A stretch of 64,000 bases of DNA, taken from the IMG/VR virus record IMGVR_UViG_3300043391_000853, positions 64,001 through 128,000 of that record; one strand, 5' to 3'. This stretch comes from a virus. Taxonomy: Duplodnaviria > Caudoviricetes. The notes under the pieces were generated by a model. The model saw only the letters and a program-made list of their open reading frames with translations, was not told where the DNA came from and searched no databases. Made by a program: the position numbers and the translations under genes. Shown piece by piece: positions 54,269 through 62,858 of the stretch (position 1 is its first letter; every line of letters begins with the position of its first letter).

Positions 54269-57200
54269 CTATGCCACGAACAACGTCAGGTTGATGTAGT
54301 TGAGTGGGTAAGGTACGTTGAGGTTGACATCTACAATGATTCTATCTTTGTAGAAAGGATCAGATTCGATTCTGAGGATGTCGTCCTTAGGGGTAAAGCT
54401 AAGTAACTGGTTACCTGCTCTAGCTGTGTACGTATTGGTAGCCTTATCTCTCAGTACCCCAACAACAGTCTTATAGACTTCGTGGATAGTTCCTGGGTTG
54501 ATGTTGTAACGACCAATGTACGGGGCGAGTGCCGCTTTCAGTGTGTAGCTGATATTGTCGACGTTTGTAGTGATCGAATCTTCTCGAGTATTTAGACTGC
54601 GTTCATCTGTTGTTATCTGATGACGTACATACGCAGTAGCACCGATCACTTCCTGTGTAATGAGCCATATACCTTGTTCAGCCATCACGTTCAGGTCGTC
54701 TTGATTGAATTCAATTACAACCTTACTCAAGTCGTCGACACCTAGGAATTCTGAGTTGGTCAATCCTTGATGCGGCACTACACCGGAACGTAACCCTGCT
54801 AATCCTGCAGCAGCGAAGTAACCTTGCTTGGTGACGCCACCGTACTTGTAGGTGTCAGGAAACACTACACGTACGCGACGGTTGTTGTAATCACCTCCGA
54901 TATGTGCAATGTTGTTCGCTCTTTCTGACTTCGTATAGTTTCTGACCACTTCAACCTTGACCGGTACAGCGATCTGGGCTGTTAAGGTCTTGGTAATAGT
55001 CAGGGTTGTATTGGAGCGTACATGGTCTACAAAATACTCATCAGCGATAATGTCCCCCTTTGGGTCGAGTCTGAAGTTTAACTTAATGCTATCACCAGGT
55101 CTTACTCCGTCCTCTACAAACTTGGCTCCTTCAATGGTGACCAACTTGAATTGTGTGTTTGATACCTGAGGGTCGTCTGTAATGGTGGCCTTGTAATTTT
55201 CACCATTTTCCTTTAGAGAGTACATTGTGCGTGTCTTCACGTCCTGTACAGACAACCAGGCGATTCTCCAGCGACCTACTTCCTTGGTGCTGTAGGCGTT
55301 CACATGTCCTACGACAGCGTCTTGAATGGTTCTATCAAAAGTAAGAGGTACGAAGCTATAAACTTTATCGCTCTTCTCTGCAATTTTGATTGCCTGGGTA
55401 TAACCTACCAGGTCGTTCGTCTGCACACCCAAGAAGTATACAATTTGATTCGCTGAATTGAGTACTGCGTCGTACACACCTTGAGCCAAAGGGTTATCAG
55501 GGTGGATTACACCGAGCTTAGTTGTAACGTCAGCCAAACTTCTGAGAGAGTCGATGGCTACTACGTTGTCCTGTAGTAGGTCACGATGTTCTACGAAAAG
55601 CTTGCCTGACTTAACAGGCAGGGTGACACTGTTTCCTTCTACCACAAGGGCCTGATCATTGATGGCGATTCCTGCCAAAATACCGATGTAGGAATCTTCC
55701 TGTACCCAGTTATATTTATTGCTCTCGGAATAAAGATCTCTGAGCTGCGGAATCTCTACGGAAGGCTTCGTTAACAGCAACTTCGCGGTCTTGCCTGTAG
55801 AGGCCACCGTCAACATTAACGGAGGAAGGTTTTCGGAGAGTTCGACGGTGTGATATGCTCCTAATTTGGCTGCTGTTACAGGAATGTAATAAACGTCGCC
55901 GACGATCAATCCATCATTATTGGAGCCTGTTGCGAAGGAAGCTCTCACTCCAAACTTACCTACATTGAATGATGTTGCAGAATAGGGCAACACGTCTGAA
56001 GGTGTATCGATGTCTGAAGCAGATACACGGAGCCTTGCGCAAGTGTCTGCGTTGTTTCCGTTGTAAAACTTACCTCCGCGCTCGACTACGATCTTATAGA
56101 CCATATCCGATGGACCTGTGTATGTGCCGCTTGTTGTCGGTTCAACTTGAGCCGTAGGAGCAGTAACAGTTAGGGTCCATTGAGTACCTCTCACAAACGC
56201 AGTAACGTCTGAAAAGTCGAGGACGACTTCATTATCTCCTGTGGAGTCAACGTCTAGCAAATAATCGCCGCCTACTTCATCTAGAATGAGATCTGTTTGA
56301 GGGGCGAACGAACCGCTTTGAGACTCAACAGAGAAGGTTACGGATGCTTTACTGCTGGTGTTGTCGCTTGTGACTGTGATGGTGTAAACATCCGAAAAGA
56401 CTCCTGTTGCAGCGTTTCCTTTGTACGCGGTACTAGGATTGGTGGGACTTCCTCCTGCGGTGCTTCCGGTGCCTCCTACATGTACGACAGCGTTGTTGTA
56501 ATCTTCTGTTGCGAAGCCTACGTTACCTAGGTCGTTGTATACTCCACCGATGCGGAAGGTATATGTACCTGAGGACTTCACAGGAACAATGGTGTCGACC
56601 AGCAGCGTATGGCTGTCTACAAACCCTATGATTTTGCGTACACCCAGACCAGTGATCTGCAGGTATTTGCCTACAACCTCGTCCTTAACGAAGGTGGCCG
56701 AAGCCGAAGTGAATCTATTCACCGTAGCGTGACCGACTCCGTCTGCTTTAAAAAAGTCTCCCGTCGACAGCTCGACCTCTGCACCTATAGTGGATGCAAG
56801 ATCAGAGTTCTCGCGGTACGTATCTGCAACAAGAGCAGTCACTCGTGCTCTGAAGGTCATATCAAGGTCGTCAACAACCTCGATGATATCTCCTACAGCA
56901 ACATCACGCTTGGATAAAAACGCTGTAGAGCGCTCGAAGCCGTTACCTGTCTTGAGTAGAACCTCAGGAAATCTCAAGCGATTTTGAATTGTGTTACCGG
57001 ATTCCCCTACAACAGTCTCTACACCGGCATCCTCATTGGTTGCATCGCCAAGAGCGACAAGAGGGAAATACTGCGCTTCGACAGACTCCATGTATACCTT
57101 GGTATAGGATTGGTCAACATCGCCGCCTGTAGCTACATGAGGGAAGTCATAGCGTACACCTGTGTACTGGCTACTATTCAGAGTAATACTGGCCCCTGTA

Positions 57201-57394
57201 GGAGAGTAGTTATTGGCAGCATCTAAAGCTATACCATCGAGCGTACCCACCATAGTCAGAGCTTTTTCACTAGGCTCGGAATAGCGCCTGAGCGAAAACT
57301 GAGGGCCTATGATGAAGGCTGGTAACGGGAACTCGGCGTAAACCGGTACCTGAAGGAACTCTTGCTGAATTAATACTCTGGGTGTGATGTACAT
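54269..57394 (-). CDS. Contractile tail sheath protein (1041 aa) with inserted beta domains
   Basis: MYITPRVLIQQEF; DNPLAQG; AAGLAGLRSGVVPHQGLTN; VRHQITT; PYIGRYNI; DRIIVDVNLNVPYPLNYINLTL. Confidence 0.9.
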   Translation of the reverse strand: MYITPRVLIQQEFLQVPVYAEFPLPAFIIGPQFSLRRYSEPSEKALTMVGTLDGIALDAANNYSPTGASITLNSSQYTGVRYDFPHVATGGDVDQSYTKVYMESVEAQYFPLVALGDATNEDAGVETVVGESGNTIQNRLRFPEVLLKTGNGFERSTAFLSKRDVAVGDIIEVVDDLDMTFRARVTALVADTYRENSDLASTIGAEVELSTGDFFKADGVGHATVNRFTSASATFVKDEVVGKYLQITGLGVRKIIGFVDSHTLLVDTIVPVKSSGTYTFRIGGVYNDLGNVGFATEDYNNAVVHVGGTGSTAGGSPTNPSTAYKGNAATGVFSDVYTITVTSDNTSSKASVTFSVESQSGSFAPQTDLILDEVGGDYLLDVDSTGDNEVVLDFSDVTAFVRGTQWTLTVTAPTAQVEPTTSGTYTGPSDMVYKIVVERGGKFYNGNNADTCARLRVSASDIDTPSDVLPYSATSFNVGKFGVRASFATGSNNDGLIVGDVYYIPVTAAKLGAYHTVELSENLPPLMLTVASTGKTAKLLLTKPSVEIPQLRDLYSESNKYNWVQEDSYIGILAGIAINDQALVVEGNSVTLPVKSGKLFVEHRDLLQDNVVAIDSLRSLADVTTKLGVIHPDNPLAQGVYDAVLNSANQIVYFLGVQTNDLVGYTQAIKIAEKSDKVYSFVPLTFDRTIQDAVVGHVNAYSTKEVGRWRIAWLSVQDVKTRTMYSLKENGENYKATITDDPQVSNTQFKLVTIEGAKFVEDGVRPGDSIKLNFRLDPKGDIIADEYFVDHVRSNTTLTITKTLTAQIAVPVKVEVVRNYTKSERANNIAHIGGDYNNRRVRVVFPDTYKYGGVTKQGYFAAAGLAGLRSGVVPHQGLTNSEFLGVDDLSKVVIEFNQDDLNVMAEQGIWLITQEVIGATAYVRHQITTDERSLNTREDSITTNVDNISYTLKAALAPYIGRYNINPGTIHEVYKTVVGVLRDKATNTYTARAGNQLLSFTPKDDILRIESDPFYKDRIIVDVNLNVPYPLNYINLTLFVA

Positions 57395-57436
57395 AGTCTT
57401 GTTTTCTCCTGTGTATACTCTATCTAGTCTTGTTTA

Positions 57437-57465
57437 ATTTTAAATTAAATTTAAGCTGTCTGCAA
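57437..57465 (-). promoter_or_regulatory. Sigma70-type promoter for the sheath gene
   Basis: TTGCAG-17-TAAAAT; CAGGAG SD before ATG. Confidence 0.6.
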
Positions 57466-57485
57466 CATTTTTTAACCTTTTTTTG

Positions 57486-58181
57486 TTAGTTTATAAAAGC
57501 GGACTCTAGGCAGCCTGTAAATACTGAGTATGTTACTGTCTTAAGTTTGAGGTCGTCTCCCTTAACTACAGTACCCATATCAAAAGCAGCTTCAAGCAGA
57601 ACATTAACTACAAAGTGATCTTTACTCTCCAAGTATAGTGTAGGTTGTCCTAGGTTTACCAGCTTAAATTGACGAAAGCAAAAGTCGTTTCTGATATTTT
57701 CCTGATGATACAGAAATATCTTGAAGATATACTCTGCAAGTTGCTCGGCAAAGCCTACATTTGTACCTACTACAGCAATGTTTAGAGGTAAGCGTATAAT
57801 GCTGTTTTTTGTCTTTTCTGATTCTTTGACATTGATACCTACCATTTGATTGAGTGTAGGAAAACCGAAAGCTGCCTCTCCTCTGGAGACATATATGCCT
57901 GGCCTTTTTTGAATTACATCATCCTTGTAGTGATATGCGATCTGTAACGAGATTCCTGTAACCAGCTCATCGGGGTCATACACTTGTGTGAACCTGTACC
58001 CTAGGGACTGAGGGGTATTTGCTATCATGTAGTTCTTTATTACCTCATAACAGATGTTCTGCACCGTCCAGGGAGTAAGAACAAGCACTCTCTCATCTCT
58101 CTCCTCAATAGCTCTATTTTCTGCAGATACGAAGGCAGTATCAGGATAGTTGCAATATAGATCTCTAGGGTCTTGTGTCAT
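57486..58181 (-). CDS. Tail terminator / completion protein
   Basis: KRPGIYVSRG...AEQLAEYIF; lies between the neck genes and the sheath. Confidence 0.6.
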   Translation of the reverse strand: MTQDPRDLYCNYPDTAFVSAENRAIEERDERVLVLTPWTVQNICYEVIKNYMIANTPQSLGYRFTQVYDPDELVTGISLQIAYHYKDDVIQKRPGIYVSRGEAAFGFPTLNQMVGINVKESEKTKNSIIRLPLNIAVVGTNVGFAEQLAEYIFKIFLYHQENIRNDFCFRQFKLVNLGQPTLYLESKDHFVVNVLLEAAFDMGTVVKGDDLKLKTVTYSVFTGCLESAFIN

Positions 58182-58190
58182 AGTGTGAAA

Positions 58191-59015
58191 TTATAACAGG
58201 GCAGGTATAGGTATAGAATACGCTGTATCTGTAGGAGGAATCAGATTCAAGTTAGCCTTCTGTATAAGGGTAATGTTGGTGCCTGGAAATTGCTTGGCGT
58301 TTCTAGACTGTATACTATAGCGGTAGCCGTCCTTTGCTTCGCATACAATATCTCTGACCTCTATTATAGGGTAGCCTGGCATACGTACGATTTGGGTGTA
58401 GTTCTCTTTTACCCCTATACCCTGCTGATCCAGCTGTTTGTCCTGCTGCCCTTGTTCGGTGTAAAAAACACAAGGTACAGGCGCATAGTAACCTCCGTCC
58501 ACCCCTACACCGTAATCTTCATGTTTAATGTCAGCTATAGGTACACCTGATACAGGGTCTATGTTCTGGTTAGTTATAACATTACTTTGCTTACCTATAC
58601 TCTTTCTCCTGAGTAGCCATGCTTCTGTTCCTGCATACCTAGCTAGAAGTATTTCCTTTCTTAGGACTTCTGCAGCCATTGCGTATTTGCGTTGATCGTG
58701 TCTTGACGATCCGAAGATCACTGGAGTTGAGTAATACTTCCTGTTGTCTGATGTTTGTAGGCCTATACGATAGGAATAGTTGGCTGCCCATGATTGCTTT
58801 ATCTTGGTGTCGTCGACCACAAAAAATACGTCACCAAGATCATTCTTGGCTGCAAGCAATTCAGAAAAATCTGAAGTTGCGGAGATCTCTAATGAGAAAT
58901 TGTAAGGCCTAACGCCATTGAAAAATGGATCTAGCTTCCATTGTATAAAATGCCCTGCGTCCCAATTGGGAATAACGTCCACACGTTTAAAGGCTTTTTT
59001 TGTACTATTAAGCAT
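58191..59015 (-). CDS. Neck / head-closure protein with N-terminal FN3-like domain
   Basis: AWLLRRK..G...DP......DYGVGVDGGYYAP; PGYPIIEVRDIV...RYSI. Confidence 0.55.
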   Translation of the reverse strand: MLNSTKKAFKRVDVIPNWDAGHFIQWKLDPFFNGVRPYNFSLEISATSDFSELLAAKNDLGDVFFVVDDTKIKQSWAANYSYRIGLQTSDNRKYYSTPVIFGSSRHDQRKYAMAAEVLRKEILLARYAGTEAWLLRRKSIGKQSNVITNQNIDPVSGVPIADIKHEDYGVGVDGGYYAPVPCVFYTEQGQQDKQLDQQGIGVKENYTQIVRMPGYPIIEVRDIVCEAKDGYRYSIQSRNAKQFPGTNITLIQKANLNLIPPTDTAYSIPIPALL

Positions 59016-59209
59016 TAATGTTTATGTGGTTTAGATGGGTCTTCATCTTTCTTGTGTCCTCCGTGCAGAAGACTGTTAATCATCTTTTTAGTTTTATGCA
59101 GCGCCAGCTTGATTTTAACTCTAGCTATAAAGAATGGTCTATGCCTACATAACTCTAACTCCGCCATGACCCTTTTAGACGCTCCTATTAAGTCTTCTGG
59201 TGAGGGCAT
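59015..59209 (-). CDS. Hypothetical small basic protein
   Basis: TAATG coupling. Confidence 0.5.
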   Translation of the reverse strand: MPSPEDLIGASKRVMAELELCRHRPFFIARVKIKLALHKTKKMINSLLHGGHKKDEDPSKPHKH

Positions 59210-59212
59210 AAA

Positions 59213-59659
59213 TTAATAGCGCCTCCTGTAAATGTATTCGGAATATTTGGTTCCATAGACTTGGGCAATGTTCTGATTCATTTTAATTTGTTGCCCTAGC
59301 TCTTTGAAGTCCTGTTGCATGGCTTGTGCTAGAGACATGAATATTTGAGCTTTGTCCTTATCGTTGACCTGTACACCGTCAGCTGAATAACTTAATTGAT
59401 TGGCTGCCTCATTAATTGCCCCTGATCTTAAAAGGTAGGACGCTGCCCCTAGTAGCAACAATGATCTGAACGGGAATTCTTCCACAGAGTACATGACACC
59501 TGTAGGGGGATTCATGAGGTTATAGTAATCCACCGTATTGATCATGGCTTGCTCGATCATCTCCGTGGTGAATCTAATCCCTAAAAGTAATGGATTAAGC
59601 TCCTTCCTATCTTGAAGGAACAGCCTAATTTCTTCGCTGGTAAGAATTGGTGTAGCCAT
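59213..59659 (-). CDS. Head-tail adaptor (head completion) protein
   Basis: IRLFLQD...N.LL...F....I..A....VDYYN..PP...LLLGA...NQLSYSADGVQVNDKDK. Confidence 0.7.
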   Translation of the reverse strand: MATPILTSEEIRLFLQDRKELNPLLLGIRFTTEMIEQAMINTVDYYNLMNPPTGVMYSVEEFPFRSLLLLGAASYLLRSGAINEAANQLSYSADGVQVNDKDKAQIFMSLAQAMQQDFKELGQQIKMNQNIAQVYGTKYSEYIYRRRY

Positions 59660-59664
59660 CTTAA

Positions 59665-59892
59665 TTAGAACTTTATCTGCTGTAGTGGTTTGCTTGTGTT
59701 TGTGACTGGCTTAGCTCCTGTGGAAGCTCCTGGGGTGTTCTGGGAAACTGCAGGATTATTCAATACACCTGTCTGCGATACGCGGGCTTCGTTTTGTCCG
59801 GTTCCCGGTTGTTGGTCCACAGGTGCAGAGTTGTACATTGCAGATTTTTGTATATAGCGCTGAAACATGTGCAGGATATTTTCGTTACTCAT
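59665..59892 (-). CDS. Small low-complexity protein (QKSA motif)
   Basis: First gene after a promoter. Confidence 0.55.
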   Translation of the reverse strand: MSNENILHMFQRYIQKSAMYNSAPVDQQPGTGQNEARVSQTGVLNNPAVSQNTPGASTGAKPVTNTSKPLQQIKF

Positions 59893-59899
59893 ACTTTAT

Positions 59900-59928
59900 A
59901 TTATAAAGCGAAGCGGTCGACTTATCAA
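59900..59928 (-). promoter_or_regulatory. Promoter predicted to give a leaderless mRNA
   Basis: TTGATA-17-TATAAT-7 nt-ATG(59892). Confidence 0.65.
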
Positions 59929-59945
59929 GGTCGTTATATACAAAC

Positions 59946-59972
59946 AAAAAGGGGACCCGAAGGTCCCCTTTT
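59946..59972. terminator. Bidirectional intrinsic terminator after the major capsid gene
   Basis: AAAAAGGGGACC-cgaa-GGTCCCCTTTT (cUUCGg tetraloop on the minus strand). Confidence 0.9.
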
Positions 59973-59994
59973 ATTATCTGCTTTCTGCTTTGGG

Positions 59995-60954
59995 TTAGCC
60001 GTTGAAGTCGACCCTCACAACACCCTTCACGTTGCCGATGGCAAGCGAGAGGTTCATGTACTGGAAGTACTCGAGGAAGTAGGCTTCGTTCTTCATGAAC
60101 ACTGTGAGCGGCTGCAGTCTGTAGTACTTGCCGAAGAATTCTTCGGAAGAGAACAGGTAGATGACGCCGTCAGGTACGAGATCACGCTTGATGGTGTAGA
60201 CAGGCTTCACACCCAAGAGAGTCTTGGAAGGAAGACCATTGACCCACATTTCCTGAGCGAGATCGCCGCCAACTTCACTACGGCTCATCTTGACGAAGTC
60301 GTCAGCCGTAACGTTGTTCATGAGCATCACACCCTTGGTTTCGCCGCCATCTGGCTGCGCAGGACCGAAGGGTACTCTGAGCCGCTTGATGACCTTGAAT
60401 GCTTCAGCGACGTTCTCGCGAGTGATACCACCAGAGATGGTAACATTCTGAGGAAGACCGAGACCGTTCAGGGTGTTGGCTGTGTTGACAGTACCGATAA
60501 TGCTGTCCACCTTGTTGATGAAACGCGTATCGATTTCAGTGGCGATGTCCTTGGTGGAGAGCTCCAACATGATCGCACGGATGTCGTAATCGTAGCTTCT
60601 GAGCTGGTCGATATCCTTGTTGTACTTCGGACTCGTAATACGGGTGAAGTAGGAAGGATAACGAGTTCCATTGAACTGGAACATGTCAGGCACAACGCCG
60701 AGAGGGATAGTTACAGCAGGAGCTGTATCAGGCTCACGATCATTCCACTTAACAAGAAGCTCAGGATTCTCAGCCTTGTCGAGGTCATCATTGCTGATGT
60801 CGATAGGGGTGATAATCTTCTCAGTGAAGCTTTCTTCACGGAGTTTATTCCGAGTAAAAGACTGCGCGGACACCGCGGCCTTCTTTTCTTCGCCAGCCTT
60901 AACCATTTCAACGAATGTGTCGTTGAATACTCTCTGATTTGCAATTTTTTCCAT
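59995..60954 (-). CDS. Major capsid protein (HK97 fold)
   Basis: RNKLREESFTEKII, FTRITSPKYNKDIDQL..Y.YDIR...KDIATEIDTRF, C-terminal LAIGNVKGVVRVDF; AGGAGG SD, strong codon bias, followed by a terminator. Confidence 0.85.
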   Translation of the reverse strand: MEKIANQRVFNDTFVEMVKAGEEKKAAVSAQSFTRNKLREESFTEKIITPIDISNDDLDKAENPELLVKWNDREPDTAPAVTIPLGVVPDMFQFNGTRYPSYFTRITSPKYNKDIDQLRSYDYDIRAIMLELSTKDIATEIDTRFINKVDSIIGTVNTANTLNGLGLPQNVTISGGITRENVAEAFKVIKRLRVPFGPAQPDGGETKGVMLMNNVTADDFVKMSRSEVGGDLAQEMWVNGLPSKTLLGVKPVYTIKRDLVPDGVIYLFSSEEFFGKYYRLQPLTVFMKNEAYFLEYFQYMNLSLAIGNVKGVVRVDFNG

Positions 60955-60977
60955 AATGTTATATTCCTCCTAGTTAA

Positions 60978-61535
60978 TTAGATGGCGAGCTTGATACAGA
61001 CGACAGTTGCGTCAGTCTGGTACTGAACACCGTTAAGTGTTGCAGTGACCTTGCCTGGAAGGGACCTGGAGGCTTCCACAACTTGTCCGATGATCTTCTG
61101 TCCAGTGGTGGCGGAGGTAGGACCTCCTGTCTGCGTAACCACAGCGCCGGGATCGGCTACAATAACAAGGTTACCGTTAACGTCGGCACTGACATACTTG
61201 CCTGGAACGAACCCTGCTGACCCAGCTCCTGTGGAGCCGCCTGCAGTGTTTGTGAACTTGTCTGTCTCGATGACGCTTGCACCGTCGAGGGCGTAAACAC
61301 CAATCTTACCGGATTCGATAACGTCTCCAGCAGATTGACTGTTGATAGCGAATCCGTAGATCGCTGAGCCGTCGGCAGCTTCTGTGTCATTGGCTGCGAA
61401 GCCCTTATAGACTTTGCCGTCTGCCTGAATACGTACTACATGACCGGCTTCGATGCCTGTTACACCGGAACCAGGGGCAGCTACATAGTTTACTTGATGC
61501 AAACTAAGAGCGGGGCCTTTCTTGAAATTAATCAT
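60978..61535 (-). CDS. Capsid decoration / cement protein
   Basis: Gly-rich beta protein directly upstream of the MCP; IETDKF...FVPG..V..D.NG.L; AGGAG SD. Confidence 0.65.
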   Translation of the reverse strand: MINFKKGPALSLHQVNYVAAPGSGVTGIEAGHVVRIQADGKVYKGFAANDTEAADGSAIYGFAINSQSAGDVIESGKIGVYALDGASVIETDKFTNTAGGSTGAGSAGFVPGKYVSADVNGNLVIVADPGAVVTQTGGPTSATTGQKIIGQVVEASRSLPGKVTATLNGVQYQTDATVVCIKLAI

Positions 61536-61652
61536 AATAAGTTACTCCTATTTATTTGTTGTTGATTTTGATTGGGTTATTACCCGTGTTGTTTTGCACC
61601 CCGATTGCCGATCAAGGCTGTTTCGGAAATGGTCCACGAAAGTTATATTAAT

Positions 61653-61681
61653 ATTGTCGCTAATACGTAGTACCAAGTCAA
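61653..61681 (-). promoter_or_regulatory. Putative promoter of the decoration/MCP operon
   Basis: TTGACT-17-GACAAT followed by a ~110-nt leader. Confidence 0.45.
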
Positions 61682-61693
61682 CGATATTTTAAA

Positions 61694-62308
61694 TTATTTT
61701 TTAGCCTGCTTAGAAGGCTTGCTCTTCCTGGCGGCTGGCGCGGGCTCTTGCTCAGGTGCGGGTTCGTCTGAAGACCTGTCTACGCGACGACCTATCATTC
61801 CTCCTAAACCTCTACCCAGTACAGCTCCACCTGCAGCCATGAGGGGGTTGCGTGTAATCCCTCCACCCACTAAGCCTAACAATGTTCCTAGAGATTGTCC
61901 TCTCGATTGATGTGTGTCGGCGTCTAATTTGTTTTCCGCTATACGCTTACGAATTTCTAACTCATCCGGGGCTGGAGCGATACGCTCCTTGGGTCCTCTG
62001 TGATCTAGATAACTACCATATGTGCGACCTACTCCAGACCCAACCATGGCTCCGAAGGGTATTGTTAACCCCATACCTGGACGTCCCCGCTTGGCTGCCA
62101 ATGCAGCTAATCCTCCAACAATTCCACCTATTCCTGTGCCTGCTGTGCGATAACTGTTGTTGGTGTAGTCGTCTTCAGCTTGCTGCTGCTCAGCTAAATA
62201 ATCTTCGTAACCTTTACCTGCATACTTTAAAAGATCAGGACTAGGTGTATAGCCGTGTTCCATTGCTCTCTTTACGAATCCTTCGATATATGCTTGTTGT
62301 GTGTTCAT
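61694..62308 (-). CDS. Glycine-zipper protein with N-terminal YIEGFVKRAMEHG (putative internal/ejection protein)
   Basis: Two GxxxG-rich hydrophobic hairpins; K-x-A motifs. Confidence 0.6.
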   Translation of the reverse strand: MNTQQAYIEGFVKRAMEHGYTPSPDLLKYAGKGYEDYLAEQQQAEDDYTNNSYRTAGTGIGGIVGGLAALAAKRGRPGMGLTIPFGAMVGSGVGRTYGSYLDHRGPKERIAPAPDELEIRKRIAENKLDADTHQSRGQSLGTLLGLVGGGITRNPLMAAGGAVLGRGLGGMIGRRVDRSSDEPAPEQEPAPAARKSKPSKQAKK

Positions 62309-62309
62309 A

Positions 62310-62702
62310 CTAGTCTTCTAAAAGATTGTAATTACTGTCGTAGCCAAAAGCTCTGCGCATCACAGGATCTTCCGCATGGTTGGATGCTTTGACTGTAGCT
62401 ACTTTACCCATATAAGCTACGTCTGCAGCGTTACACACACGTTCTACGACTTTCGCCAGGTACTCGACGTCTTCTCTGGCTTTCTTTACGAATAGTGCCT
62501 TTTCATCTTCATCGTTGATGAAATCTGCACTGTACATAGCTTCTGCAGCCTTCTTGAGTGCGTTATCCAAAGATCTGTCGCTGGCGACTTTTTCTTCTGC
62601 CTGTTGGCTTTGAAGGGTAGTGACCTGCTGCTTAAGCTCTGATATCTCAGATAAAGCGACTTTAACAAAATTTTCAATCTTATGTAGCGCCTGTTTGGTC
62701 AT
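62310..62702 (-). CDS. Coiled-coil K-x-A-rich head assembly protein
   Basis: TKQAL, VKVAL, EKVAS, KKAAE, GKVAT. Confidence 0.65.
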   Translation of the reverse strand: MTKQALHKIENFVKVALSEISELKQQVTTLQSQQAEEKVASDRSLDNALKKAAEAMYSADFINDEDEKALFVKKAREDVEYLAKVVERVCNAADVAYMGKVATVKASNHAEDPVMRRAFGYDSNYNLLED

Positions 62703-62835
62703 GTTTAGCTTCCTCTAAATGTACTAAGCTTTGAATATACTTGAGCACTTTGTGTTTGTCTTCGTCACTTAAGTGCTCTAAAGCTGCTATAGCCTGCCGC
62801 TCTACAGAATACTGCTCTGGAGAGTCGGCAGGCAT
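62680..62835 (-). CDS. Small protein (51 aa, below the track cutoff)
   Basis: Manual translation MPADSPEQYSVERQAIAALEHLSDEDKHKVLKYIQSLVHLEEAKHDQTGAT fills the gap. Confidence 0.5.
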   Translation of the reverse strand: MPADSPEQYSVERQAIAALEHLSDEDKHKVLKYIQSLVHLEEAKHDQTGAT

Positions 62836-62858
62836 ATAACGTAATAAAACTGCAGCTA

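Noticed and set aside
39712-57394. Bacterial contractile injection system (eCIS/T6SS/tailocin) instead of a phage
   Set aside because: Capsid, scaffold, neck and terminase genes plus phage-style accessory genes are present in the same window.
59794-60981. 395-aa plus-strand ORF antisense to the major capsid gene
   Set aside because: It is in exact codon register with the MCP and stays open because this strongly biased gene avoids TTA, CTA and TCA codons. It has no credible start and runs through a terminator.
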